This document shows, in pieces, positions 37,006-50,195 of a stretch of DNA of 64,000 nt; positions within the stretch are counted from its first letter, which is position 1, and every line of letters starts with the position of its first letter. Source of the stretch: Ancylonema sp. (lineage: Eukaryota). The notes below the pieces were generated by a model. It did not search any database, was not told the origin of the DNA, and saw only the letters and a list, made by a program, of their open reading frames with translations. The position numbers and the translations under genes were made by a program. The stretch is taken from contig JBFLGF010000183.1 of the NCBI GenBank assembly GCA_050230475.1, positions 1 through 64,000 of the forward strand, written 5' to 3'.

Positions 37006-39228
37006 ATGATTCCTAATGCGTGTACCGATCACATATTTGGCGAGTACGAAGATGTCCTTTCCCAATACGTGCTGGAGGAGAGGCTGGGGGAAGGCATGCA
37101 AGGTGTTGTGCGGCGGTGCGTGGAAAAATCCACCGGAATAGAGTGGGCCTGTAAAACGATTCGAAAGGAGAAATTAGTTGACAGAGATGACGTCGAAGCC
37201 TTGAAGATTGAGGTGGTTGCCATGGCGGAACTGTCAGAACATTTGACCATCGCCAGCCTTCATGACGTTCTGGAAGATGAAGAGGTAAATATTCACTTTG
37301 GCTGCATGATCAACTCACCCTCTCCGCCGCAATTTACACTAACATCGTCATGTTTTTTGCCGTATGCGATCAAATGACTTTCATCAACTTCCTGCTCTGA
37401 TGGACCCGCCCTCCTGTCTTGCACTGCCCTACAGAATGTGCACTTCATTTTGGAGCTCTGTAAAGGAGGCGATCTGTTTGACGCTCTATCGAAGAGGAAT
37501 CAATATCCGGAACGTGACGCTGCCTGGGTTATCCACGCGATCATCTCCGCGGTACACTTCATGCAGTCGAAGGGGTTGATTCACAAAGACTTGAAGCCTG
37601 AAAACATTGTTCTGGTGAATGCCAGCTCGTACACAAGCGTGCGAATCGTAGACTTTGGGCACGTGGAGCACATCTCGTCAGGTGAGGCTAACCGCCTGGC
37701 CTCCGAACCTGTTACCGGTCGTGGGTATATTACCTTGGAGGGGTCCAAGGTCTCAGTCTACCTGCAACTCAGTAGGTTACCTAGGAGTGGTAACACATCT
37801 ATCGAGCTCGTAGGTCAGCACTGAGCGCTTTCAATTTGCATTCGGTCTGAGATTGTTTGTTCGTCTATCGCTCCCCACTGGCTTCCGTTCAGACACGCAA
37901 AGTTTGTAAATCAAAATTGCGTGTGCCACGTCATCCCCGTTGCCCAGTCATCATGCCACCTGGTGTCTGAAGGTGCCTTCTATCATCTAATTTCGGCACC
38001 TTCCGAACCTTGCAGGCGAAAAACTGGGAAGCCGAACAGGTTCCTCTTTCTACATCAGCCCCGAAGTTCTGGCCGGCTGCTACGGCCCAGAGACCGACAT
38101 GTGGAGCACAGGTGTGATTCTCTACATTCTTTTGTGTGGCTGCCCGCCTTTCTGGGCAGAGGAAAGGGACCAGATTTTTGCCAAAGTCATGGAGGGCAGA
38201 TTCGACCTTGAGACGGGTCCCTGGCAGAACGTGTCCGAGGAGGCAAAAGACCTCGTGCAGAAGATGCTCACCCTAGATCCTCGAGTGCGAATCACACCGG
38301 CTGCGGCCAAGAGTGAGTGCCACGTAATCCTCTGCCACGTCATCATGTTTTTCCATGCGATCTTGTCTGCCACGTCAGCATGTTATCCACGTCATCATAT
38401 TCGCCACGTCATCACATGCCTCCGTCACAACAGCAGTGCTGCCTTTATTGACGATCTGGCTTTTATTCTTTCCATTCCATTACGCACCATTCTTATCATA
38501 CATGCATCTCGTTGGCACCGTTTTGATCAACAACATTTTGATTCCTATATAGAGAGTGCTCCTCAATAGGAGATCAGTTTTTGTGGGATTAGAAGAAATC
38601 TGTTCCGATTTCTGGTGGTTCTATGGAAGGAGTGTCTATACAGAGGTTGGACTCTACCCTTCACGTCTGCATGCGTTCCGCACTTAAATCCCTCATCCTG
38701 ACATGCGCCTTTGATTATGCCTTTTTCTCCGCAGATCACCCCTGGATTTTGAAGCACTGCACCTCAACCACTCCTCTCAAACACCCCCCCCCCAAACCCA
38801 CCGCCATCCGCATCCCCCCCCTCCACCTCGACACCGACTCCGACTCCCCCTCCCCCGTGTCTGTTCTCCATGACTCCGCTGATTTGGGAAGCCATTCGCC
38901 CAAAGCCTCTCACAGTTGCATTCCGGGATTCTCGGGATCATCGGGATCATCGGGATCATCGGGATCATCTGCGGGCAGATGGGGCCATTCGTCCGCCTCG
39001 CCGGCGAGTTTGAGCCCCAAATGTAGCAATGGCAATAAGGCGTCACGCGGCTTCTCTCCGATTCTCAATTTTTTGAGCCCCAACTTGGCCTCCTCGTTCG
39101 GCAAAAACATTTTCTCTCAAAAGGTGATCCCCAAATCCCCCCGACCGGTTGACAACGCGCGTCCAGCATTGCCAACGAATGGGACGCCAAGATTTCGGGG
39201 GATACGGTTCTTGAAGCTTCTCGATTGA
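37006..39228 (+). CDS. CDPK/PEPRK-like Ser/Thr protein kinase without EF-hands, 438 aa; exons 37006-37284, 37435-37681, 38016-38312, 38735-39228
   Basis: GT-AG introns with consistent phases. [67 protein letters not shown], then an S/P-rich tail. Confidence 0.92.
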
Positions 39229-42200
39229 GAAGAATCGGCGGCGAAGAAAATTGCCAATCCAAGCTGGTGTGTTTAGAATCCAATCGCACTTGCGAAGCTC
39301 GATTCCGTTCTATGATTCCGATTCGTATGGGCTCCTGTACGACTCCTACTTTTTCGCCGTGCAGCGATGCATGAGTTTGTTGTACTGTTTTTGTGGGACG
39401 TTTGTGCCCTATGTTTCCGCGTTGAGGGCTGGTTGTGATTTAGGAAATTTGCTGAAGCACGAATGTAATGCCACGCTTGGCTTCATGTGCCTTTACTTTT
39501 ATCCTCTTTAAGTTGTTGGTCGGAGTTTAATGAGCGATATATCGTTTTGAAGTAGGGTGCTGCACATGAGTATGTCACCTTGCATGTGCATCTACGAAGA
39601 TTGAAGGAAGAGGTCGGTATAGAAGGTTGAGAGAAGATGATGTTGAGCACTTGTTAGTCGATTTGTCGTTTTATTGTGTGAATGGCACCTACCTTGGGCC
39701 ACCCATGAATTTCGACACTTGGACTCATCACGCCATGCGTAGTTTGTGATGGCTTGAACGAAGTTGAAGTTTTTGAGGTTTTTTTTTTTTACATAAGCTT
39801 GACAATCCTTCAGATTGTAGGAATGATAATTATCTTGATATAGTCGCTTGTTGCTACGCGAATTTTACTATTTGTTCAAATCAAAAAAAAATTGTTGTGA
39901 CAATAAGTGACTTGTTTGTGGGTTTCACTTGGGTTCCTATTTACACCGTTTCGGTGTGTAGTGGTTCGTATCACTTGATCCGTTCATATGCGGTCGCTTG
40001 TTGCACATACGTGTAGCGGAAAGGAAATGGGACACCCGTGTGAATTCGTGGGTACGGATTCAAAGCGAGACCACGCTCATACGATTTTCTTCGAAGACTT
40101 CAACAACCAAATATTATTGGAGTACGTACCAAAATATACCAAAATAAAAAAGCTAAAGTACGTGATAGGTTTCAACGTCTAGATAGGTGATTGGCCGACC
40201 TTCTTCACGTGTTTGTTGCAATGAAGACCTCACTATGTCCGGATCTCCTATCCCGGATAGCTGATCACGTTCAGATCCGGACCGGGTCCGATTTAATCGA
40301 AGCCTCATCATCAGTATTCCGATCGGATTGGGGCCAACAATTGGGGACGGGAGGAGAGGGACATATTCTACATTTGGAATTTTACTTAGGGGGTTTAACG
40401 AGAAACAATATCGGGGGGNAAATACCCGATGGTTGCTTTGAATATTTATTTCACGATTTGAAGGCCCACGTTCCACATAGTGGCAAAAAAAGTGCCCACA
40501 GAATATCATCTAACTCATTCACAAAACTATTCCACAATTATAGGACGGCACCAAGCCCTTGGACTGATATCCCGAACAACAAGATACCATATGAAATGCA
40601 AAACATTTCTTTAGGATTCATCACTGATTGTAGGCCTTCGGAGATTCCGACGACTCTGTGAGAAACCTTTCTTTTCTGAAAGTATGTTTCTTATGCATTT
40701 AATGTAGCATCCAACTATTATTTTCTCTTACTGGGTGGTCATCCGAAAATATGAACTGGAGAAGCTCAAATCGTATAGCAAATCACGATCAAAAAAATAT
40801 AAACCACGCGAGAACCATAGCGTCATCTGAATATGAGAGTGAGAGTATCTGACAGGTAGTGAAAAATAAATCAACAGCATTGCATGCCTACGACCAAGTT
40901 ATCTTCCTTTAACTCCTCAGAAATCAAGAAATCAAAATGCCGATCCTCTTCTCTACATCAAAACGCACTTTTCGTACGGAAGTTCTTTTTCATTTCTACA
41001 CAACTTCAGCTACAACACAAATTGTGCCATAATGAAAAGTAGCTTAAATATGTACAGCAAATTCCCAAAAGCTGAATCGCATACGCCATCAAACACACAT
41101 ACGGTATAGTTGATAAGGTAAAGTATAAGTTGACCAGGTAATATTTCTCCGACATTTAGTCTTTTAGTGCTAAAAAATAATAAACGTGCTTCAATGCTCT
41201 ATGGTTATCATGTGACCAAACAACATAAGAGAGGACGGGGAGTGTGTAACCTCTCCAGTGAAAAAGAGACAAGGTCTTGATAGTGTCACTCGAGTATCAT
41301 TTTTATCGCCTGCCGCCTGTTGTCAGCGGCCCTTCGAGGTCGATCTCTGATCGAAGTAGCCGGAGTCAGTTAGAGGACAGGTCGGTGAAACCACAATCTT
41401 ACCGGGGTATTCTTCTCTCCATAACCTTTGGCTTGCATTCATGAAGCTGTGTGTCGGTGAACCTGCCTGCCAGCGATCGTTGAAATCCTGATTGCCATAC
41501 TGCACTGTGCGTGCTCCAGAGTAGCATCCAGAAATTTGCGTTGTGCCGGGGTTCCGTTCACAAAAGAGTTCCGGGGCCAAAAATATGTAACCTCTATCTT
41601 CTGCACCAATGGCGTTCCAAACATCCATGTCTCAGCCTCTTCCGATGAAACAAGCTGATTATAATTGACTTTCAACGAAATACAAAATAAACCGAAGTAC
41701 CAAACATGGTAACAGCATGTTCTATCAATCGAAAACTCTGAGCCGTGATCCAACACTTAAGAATTTACACCTGAATCAGCATGTACTCGCATCATAGACA
41801 GAAACAGAGTGGATTGCTACCAGCCACAAAAATGAGATGTCGCAAGATCTCATAAATACCTGAAGACAGTGCTTCTCGCTTCAGAACCTGGATTTCCTTT
41901 GGCGAGCGTCGATCCTCAAACTCAAAATGCAGCTTGCTGGTCAAATATCGGGACGGATAACGGATGCGGCTCCAGTCAGTCGCTTCGATGATTCGCTGAC
42001 TGACACATGGAAACTTTGCTATCCGCGTCGAGCACCTGCAGTATATTTACAGGATTGCAATGGTGTCAGATTTCGTGAAAACTTTCATGGTTACCAGTCA
42101 CCGCTATCTTCAGTTCCAAATATAAACATGGAATATTTCTGATGTCAAACTGAAGCCCTTCGAAGTTTGTTAAACTTGACTGCACAAGCTCGTAGATGAA

Positions 42201-45200
42201 AAAACAGAGAAAGAAAAGGATGAAATAAGAAGCAAGTTCAAACAACATTGAAAATAGCCACCTGCAGTCGATAAGGGCAGAAATAGTCTCTCTGTCTCTT
42301 CCAACTGCCTTTCGCAGAGCATTCATCAAATCATCCGGGACATTCTTCCTTCCAAGAAATTCAAGAGCATCCCATTCATTCTTACTATTGCGCTTGTCGC
42401 GTATCTTGAATCTTATATTCTTCATCATAGAATCACGAAAGACGCTCACAAAGAAGGAATAAGGAATAAGGATGAGTACGCATGTCAACAGGAAAATGTT
42501 CTGTCCTCAAATATGATGGCAGAGAAAATCACTATCCGTATGTATGTGTCCTCTCTGAATTATTCCAGCTAAATTCAGATCCGACAGATCTCGGGTAGCC
42601 TTCGTGCGGTGATTGGTGGCCAGTGTCAACGACGAAGAATCTTAACCGTTAAGTCGGAATAACGATAGCCGTCGATATATACCCACCTACTGATTTGAAT
42701 GTACGGAACTGTACGATGAATCTGTACCATGACTCGTCTGTACTTGTAAGGCGGAGATCGGTGTCATCCCTGGACATCCCTGGACACCCCTGGGCAAAAC
42801 CATGGCATCCTGGTGCTGAGGTACCAGTTGCACCCATACGGCAAAAAAAAAAACATACGCCGTATGCCATACTTTTGCCAGCCATACGTGGGGCGTCCAT
42901 TCGGCTACATACGTTCGGGCAAAATTTTCATATTGAAAATTGTATTTCACGGATATGGATATTCAAGAACTAATCAACACGTAACCGTACGTGGCACAAC
43001 TAAGCTCTGCGCCTACATCAAAAGTGTAGGCGTAGATGTACGTCTACGAGTCGGCGGTGTATCCCTCCGATCGTCATTTTCATAGATGCACCTATGCTAC
43101 ATGCTATTCGTATGGGTTTTGGATAGATACTTGGCAGCGAGTATAGGTTCATGACTTTGTATTTATTGTTGAACAAAATTGCTTTTTTCCCTTGTCACAC
43201 CAAGCATGAGACAACCGGATATAAAATTTGGAATGAAAAAAGATGGAAGTTGAATGAAAATAAGGTTCAGTTTGAAATAATAAAATTTATTTATCATCAA
43301 TGCTCAAAATCTTGAAGATATGAAATATCAGTTATAATCACTTTTAAATATATTTGATGGATAAAAATAAACAATAAAAACGTCAAATAATATGACTCAA
43401 CATATATTGGGATCGGAACATGTATACATGAACTTTACACCACAAGAATTAGAGCTTGGAAAAAAAAACACAAAAAAACTAGCCGTATGGAAAACTACAT
43501 GCGGCAAGGATCATGTATGCAAACGGCTGTATGCAAACGGCAGCCACGTATTGGTGCACCTATGCCATCAGCAACCACGTGCGTAGCCCATGTTTTGTTG
43601 TGTCGTGGAATTATTGCAGTGTACCACGCAGGATTTATCAGGTAACAACGCAGGATTTATCAATTTGGTCGTTATATTCGTGGACTTGTAGATCAATGTT
43701 ACGCACATATGCCCTCGTCGGTAGATGCACTATTTGGGGTCATCATGGATAGGACATCTGATAGTGCTCGATGAGTAGGCTAATCTATCGTGTTAGTAGT
43801 ATCGAAAAACTTGTCACTTTCATGGCGTGCAATGCAATGTTGAAATGTATATGCCTTGACAAGGAATGTTGCGGAACAAGGTTCGATAGATACTAAAGAT
43901 TTTTTTTGACACACATACACAAATTTTGCAAAAAAAAACAAATGTCTCATTAAATATTATTAATATTACGAGTATTGCGTCTGGAATGTTTCACCCATCT
44001 TTGTGTCGTGTCAATAACAAGCGGCTACATTTGCATAAGATACTCGAGACCAACGCCCACCGTCGGTATCACCAGTATATCACCGATTTTGTGAACCAAG
44101 TGTTAAATTTGGATACTGGGAACTTGTTTTGTCGTTGTATCGATTTTTGAGTAGCGTCGATTTAACAACTTATTTTGTCGATATGTTTTCTTTGTTTCGG
44201 CAAGTGTCGATTGTTATATCGAATTAGTCTTGATTAGTTCTGATATGACATATCTTGTTGTTTGGCACTTCCAGCCACGTGTCGACACTTGTCAATAAGT
44301 TGTCGATAAGATTGAGGTTTAGCCTTATCACTTGTGGGGCGCCAGCAGCGGCTGTGCTGTCTTGTTAAAAGAGCAATCTTTACGCTCAGAAGTTTAATCT
44401 AAGTTTTGAGATCTCAAGTGCCTCTTGTGTTGAAGCATTCTTATGTCTTGCTAACTTAATTGATTCATGAGAGAGTAATTGCTACGTCGATCTGCAAAGA
44501 TGGAAGAATCCAGTAGTCACAGCAAGTGCACAATTCTAACTTGAGTCACACACAAACACACAATCTATCGACAAGAGACACCGAGATGCATGAGCATCAC
44601 GTCACTCACTTGAATCATGAAATAAAGTAACGAGCATTTATAAAAACTTCAAATCCATTATACACTTGTCGAAGCCATCTCGAATCTATCGCGTGTCATA
44701 AATTTGATGTCAATCTTAAAGACGTCAAACTAACATTTTATCTGATTTGAAGAATCTTTCATCCGGAGATGTGCACGTAGACGCCTAGAGAAAGTCGTAA
44801 GGTAATACTCCATTTGTCTTCTTCGACCCATTGAGGTTTGGGCACTCAAATGTTGTCGATTCAAATATAGAAATCTCACAAGAATACAAAACATAGTTAC
44901 CATCCTTGTCATCGATAACTCGTGTACATAGTCATAAAATGCGTGCACGTGCACGCATCCTTGACTTGTGCTCTTGTGATGTCAATGTATCAACGACCTG
45001 TTCACCGTCATGTTCACCGCAACATACCATACATGTGACTTCACTTCAAAAAAAAAAGCCTGACGATGGGCGAGAGTGTACCTAAATGTGAATGTCATAA
45101 CACTTATGTCAAGCCTCACATAACCTTTTTACTATCTCCGTTACGCATCTTGTATCATCGTAATACAACTCGTCACATTCTTGTGGTTTGTGATAAACGT

Positions 45201-45925
45201 CAAACTTTGTGGACATTGAACGGCTCTTGCGTCTTCAAAGATAAAGGCACTACCGTTGTTGGAGTAGCACATTTCAGTCGTGTTTAAAAAAAAAAAAAAA
45301 AAAGTTCATAATACAGTAGGTATATACACTTCATGTGGACACCGATAACTTTGTTTGTAAGTCACACACTCACCCGCATGCGTGCATACAACAGTTTCGG
45401 AGCTCTTTCTTTAGATTATTGAACAAGACGGCATCAAGTAGTGCGCAGATTTGGGTACAATGTTACAAGGACGATATTCAGTGCATCAGCGCAACATCAC
45501 AAAACAACAAAGCATTTGTTTTGGAACATTATGTGAAACCCACGCTTGCCCGCTCTTCATGTATCTGCACGTTGTGGATACTAGGAATCAATTAACGAGT
45601 TTTTGCTATTACTCAAACTAACTTGACTTCTTCAGATTAGGGAATTTTTTTCCACTTCCCACAATGCCTTTGCTTGAACGAGCTGAGTACCCAAGACATT
45701 AGTACCCTCAGTGACTATGCTAGCTACTTTATGGGTTGCACAGCATCGACTCCCACATTCTAAGTTTTTGGATTGAACAATCCATGACGTGAATGCGTTA
45801 CCACGCACGCATGCGTGTATCAATACACTCAGAGTCACCTCCAGTTAATGAGTCTTGTTCCTGATTCTTAAGAAAGGAAAATGCATGAAAAAAAACATTT
45901 GTCCTCAATCTAGGATATTTTTGTA

Positions 45926-48900
45926 CTACGATACCGCCGGACTTCGAGAACACATCTCTTGTTCATGAAGCTCCAACAAACGAGCGGGTGAGTTGCAAAG
46001 TCCTGCATGCCACACATTGATGATGTGTCAGCACGTTAACATGCCAACTCCACTCACACCAAATCTCGTCAATGATAGACTACCTTACCCATCACAATGA
46101 CCTCTCCTAAGTACGGCCACGTCGTCTGCTACCGCAAGACATAAAAACATATTAATCGAAAAAATCCCTATGTACAAAAACTAGCTCGACAACCAACCGC
46201 GCAACCAACGTCCTTCGACTTTTTACGGTCGGCTAGCAAAGCACAAAAAAAGAATTGTGTACAAATGGTAACCGAGTCTCACCCGAGCACCGCGGGATGT
46301 CCCACACCGCGATGGAGTTGGGTCTACACTCGGGTTCGCACAAAGAACGGTTATCCTCGTAGGTGACGTTGAAGGCCAACATCCACGACCCCACACTCAC
46401 ATCCTCGTTGATAAACATTCGCAAACTGCAAAAGAGTATCACACACAGAAGAGGGACACGAAAAATAATGTCAAATGTTTGGCAACGTCAAGTGCATCAA
46501 AGCCCTCCCGTCTGTAAACAACGCCGTCATGCCAATTATCGTTGAAACAACCAAGAAGATGATGTCTCTTCCTCAATCCTCTGACCCCTCCCCTTCTCCA
46601 CCATTTCCTCCAACCTCTCCCTCTCCCAACCTCCAACCCACACTCTTCTCCTTCCGCATCCCAACTCCACCACACATCCCTACTCGACTTGCACCAACCA
46701 GTATCCAGACATAACGGCTATCCCATTTGAACCCCCGTTATACCAAATTTCAACAACACGAATCGTCAACCGCCCCTTATAACCAGACTCCACCTCTCCC
46801 CACCCCCCCCTCACCTCCCCGGCTTTGCAACCACCAAGCTTGCCACAACTTCTTGCGAGAGGGCATAGATTGGGCCGTAGGCATGAAGGAAGTACTCGTT
46901 TCCAAGCATGTAGGCGTCCGGTTCAAACCTGTGTCAATATCCCCGGAAAAAAAAGAAAAAAAAAAGGGTGCACGGCCTTCAAATGATGAATTTCAGGGTA
47001 CGGGTTTCAGGATGCGGTCATGTGTTACCGTGGCTACTGTACTATCTTGATAAAATCAAGATCGATATAACAACAACCTCGATAAGGACAACATTTATAT
47101 GGACATTTCTTGGCTCTTGACGTATTCACTATTAACTTTTTTTCCGGGAGTCCTTATATCGAGGTTTGACTGTAGGTGTGGACTCACTCCTTGTCGTGAA
47201 AGAAAAGCATGCCAACTTTTTTCATTCATCTGGGGAACCTTTAGTCAAGCGAACTTATACCCGACTTGCCTTTTATATAACGCCATCGATTCACATCAAC
47301 TTGGGATGTACCAATTCATATAACGATACACGCCTACATGTACTTATACGAATACATGTCTACTCCTACATCAACATATACATAGACATATAAAATCTTT
47401 GCATACGCACGTATGTGGACATGAATATTATCACGTTGAGGGTTGGGTACAGTGCAGATAATTGAAACATCCTCTGGACCCAAAAAGATTTCAAAAAGAT
47501 TTCAAAAAGGTTACAAAAAGATTTCGAAGTTTTTACCATTTAAGCCCGGGATCGCTGATGACGGGCCCTCTCTTCATGCACCCGATGTAGACGCGTTTGG
47601 ACTGACGTTGGTGAGATATCAAGAGAGAGAGACGATCTGAAACCCATCGCATTTTGAAAGGAGGTTGTTGTCGGCGTGTGGATGTGAAGGAAAGCGTTCT
47701 GCATTTCCTCTTCCATTATGGCTATGCATCACGTTCTCGAACACGAAGAAAAAATCATGTGTACCACTTGTTGGATGTATATGGGCAAAAGTATCAAAGT
47801 GGACGAACTCAGAAACACAATCTCTACTATGGTGTTTATCAGTTAATGACACATTGTTTTGACCCATGGGAAACAAAAAAGAGGAATAAGGGGTTATCAT
47901 TGAGCCAATGCCAATGCCAATGCTGTAGCATCGGAGAACAAACTGGGATTCCGTTTGTACGAATCATTGCCTATAGCAGTAAACTCTCACCCGTACCTGG
48001 TCTTAAATAGATGTCATCGTCTGCTTTCACATAAAAGTCCGCATCATACATGCGGTGCACCTCCCTTAAAAAAGCTAAGCTGAATTGAAAAGAAACGAGT
48101 AAAAAATACGGCCATATGAATGCGAAATCAGTCTAGTCTTTTCTCGGAACACGAGTTGTTCTTAGAGGAAAACTCGGATGAACATGAATAGGTGCCAAGT
48201 TATGAGTGGAATCTTTTGTGGGAATATATATAAATTTCCACATATCCCAGGGTATGAAAAGTCTTGTGGTGGCTGGGGGAAGAAATCAACAAAATACTTT
48301 TAAAATAAATAAACACACTCTCTTTCCTTGGCATATAGTCACTAATCTACCTTGCTCTCTCCCCCTTCTTTCCTCAAACAACGAGGTCAAAAAGTCTGAT
48401 GCTATAACATTATTATTACATTTACTTCTATTCTACTTCCATTTCAATCCTTTCAAGTGGTGTCCCCTTGTTGGACACTATCCCCCCAAAAAAAAGGAAT
48501 AAATAAATTAATAAATAAAGAAGAACTTTCAGCCATTTAGATGTATACAAAGTTCAAAAATAAAAAGTAAAGGTTGACCATCATACAAGTTACAAACCCC
48601 TCAGACCTATGACAAATGAATACAGAGTTTCAGAAACCAGCCCCACACGGAGACATGACCATATTTCCAACCCCCAAGAAACATATTTCCAACCCCCGAA
48701 AAGCATATGTCCAACCCCCAATAAACATATTTCCAACCCCCAATAAATACAAAAACAGAAGCGAAAAAGAGGGAGACATTTGAGAGGTTGGAAATATAGG
48801 GGGCAAAAGAGACCCCGCCCCCCCGAAATTTTCTCCCTATCCTACACGCAGTAGATAGTGATAAATGTCAGCTCACGTTTTTTGGTTCAAGGAGTTGTAG

Positions 48901-50195
48901 TGCTCCTCGATCTGGAGGCGGATGAAGTCGTTATAAACAGACACCTCCCGCTGTACAGCAACCTCTTTGGAGCGATCCCGAGTTTGACCCAGAATGAAGC
49001 GGAAGTGAAGTCCAGTGGACTGCTGAAGCCTGTGCAAACAGGGTTACAAACCGCGGATAACCGTGATTAACTGTGGTTAGTTCGACGGGTTAGTGACACC
49101 GGGGGACTGTGGGGGGAAACGAGTAATGATTCTGAATACAATACTGAAATGAATACTAGTGTGGGGAGACACGGGGTGCATATGCACAGGGTCAGTAGAT
49201 GGGTGAATGTTGTGTGTATACAAATCTACACATACACGTGCATACATACATACAAGGACCTGCTAACGCTTCTATGTACACACGTCCTATAGTATGTGTG
49301 CATGTGCTATATATACATAGACAACCAAGTGCATGCATACATACGTAGGTACATATAGATGTAAGACATGTACATATACATGTGTATAAACGAATATATA
49401 TTTATAGGTATGTATACACACATACACACGCACACATGTACAGGTACATGGATGTACGTACATAAATACATACATACATATATACATACATTCAAACATA
49501 CATACCTACATGGAAACGTACATATATACAAATACCTTATTTAGTTATACGTGATCACAGCGTATGTATTCAGCGCAAAATACAGAAACCACATAAGAAT
49601 ATCTTCATCATATAACGTCTGTGCTATCCTCGTCATCAGAATGCTAGTGGTTTTCGAAAGTGAATCAAATTACCACGCGGAATCATTTTGACAGGTGCCA
49701 GGTGGAGGAGTCTCACTGGTTGAGGGTCTCTGGAGAGGAGGCCATCCACGTCTTCCTCAGGGATTCGCGGCGACTCCCGCTGTCGAATCCGGTTATAATC
49801 CCCACTATCCCTAGAACGCGGATGCGGGGGGGGGGTTGGACTCCGGAATTCGATTCCGTACCATATCCACCAACTTTTGCCCCGTCGCTGGCGCAAATCC
49901 AGCTGCGGAAACCCCGTGCGCGCCCACGCAGGCTTCTTCTGACGCTCGGATCATTATCATTCGAGTAATCAAAGCTCGACAGACCGGCAAGGGTCTCCGA
50001 TCTAACGAGCAAATGGCCGCCAGAGGGAGCCCCGAAGAATGTGAGCACGAGAAATGAGCCCAGAAGGGAACCTAAAAATAGCCACAAAGCGGCTGCGACG
50101 GGAGGTGCTGCCAATCGACGTGCGAAGGAGAACGAAGGGCGGGAAGTTCGGGTGTTTGTATGCTTCTTCGCGCCAAATGGTAATGAAGGGTGCAT
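45926..50195 (-). CDS. GT31 beta-1,3-galactosyltransferase (B3GALT12-14-like), 382 aa; exons 50195-49717, 49029-48877, 48079-47997, 47636-47537, 46928-46815, 46425-46283, 46002-45926
   Basis: Type II TM segment, then [90 protein letters not shown]. All splice phases are consistent. Confidence 0.95.
47053..47172. mobile_element. Small degenerate pogo-like MITE in a GT31 intron
   Basis: Right end CTTATATCGAGGTTTGACTG followed by TA. Left end TA-AAATCAAGATCGATATAA is a decayed match. Confidence 0.45.
48660..48747. repeat. 22-bp minisatellite x4 in a GT31 intron
   Basis: CATATTTCCAACCCCC(A/G)ANAAA repeated four times. Confidence 0.9.

Noticed and set aside
40191..40661. 156-aa ORF spanning the N at 40419
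   Set aside because: Crosses a probable contig join; no recognisable domain.
43900..45300. Region with TCGA/TTGTC-rich composition suggesting methylation-driven decay of a TE
   Set aside because: Impression only; no termini or protein motif, and dinucleotide statistics were not computed.
49210..49550. ORFs in the AC/AT-rich tract
   Set aside because: Microsatellite-like intron sequence producing spurious V/Y/M-rich ORFs.
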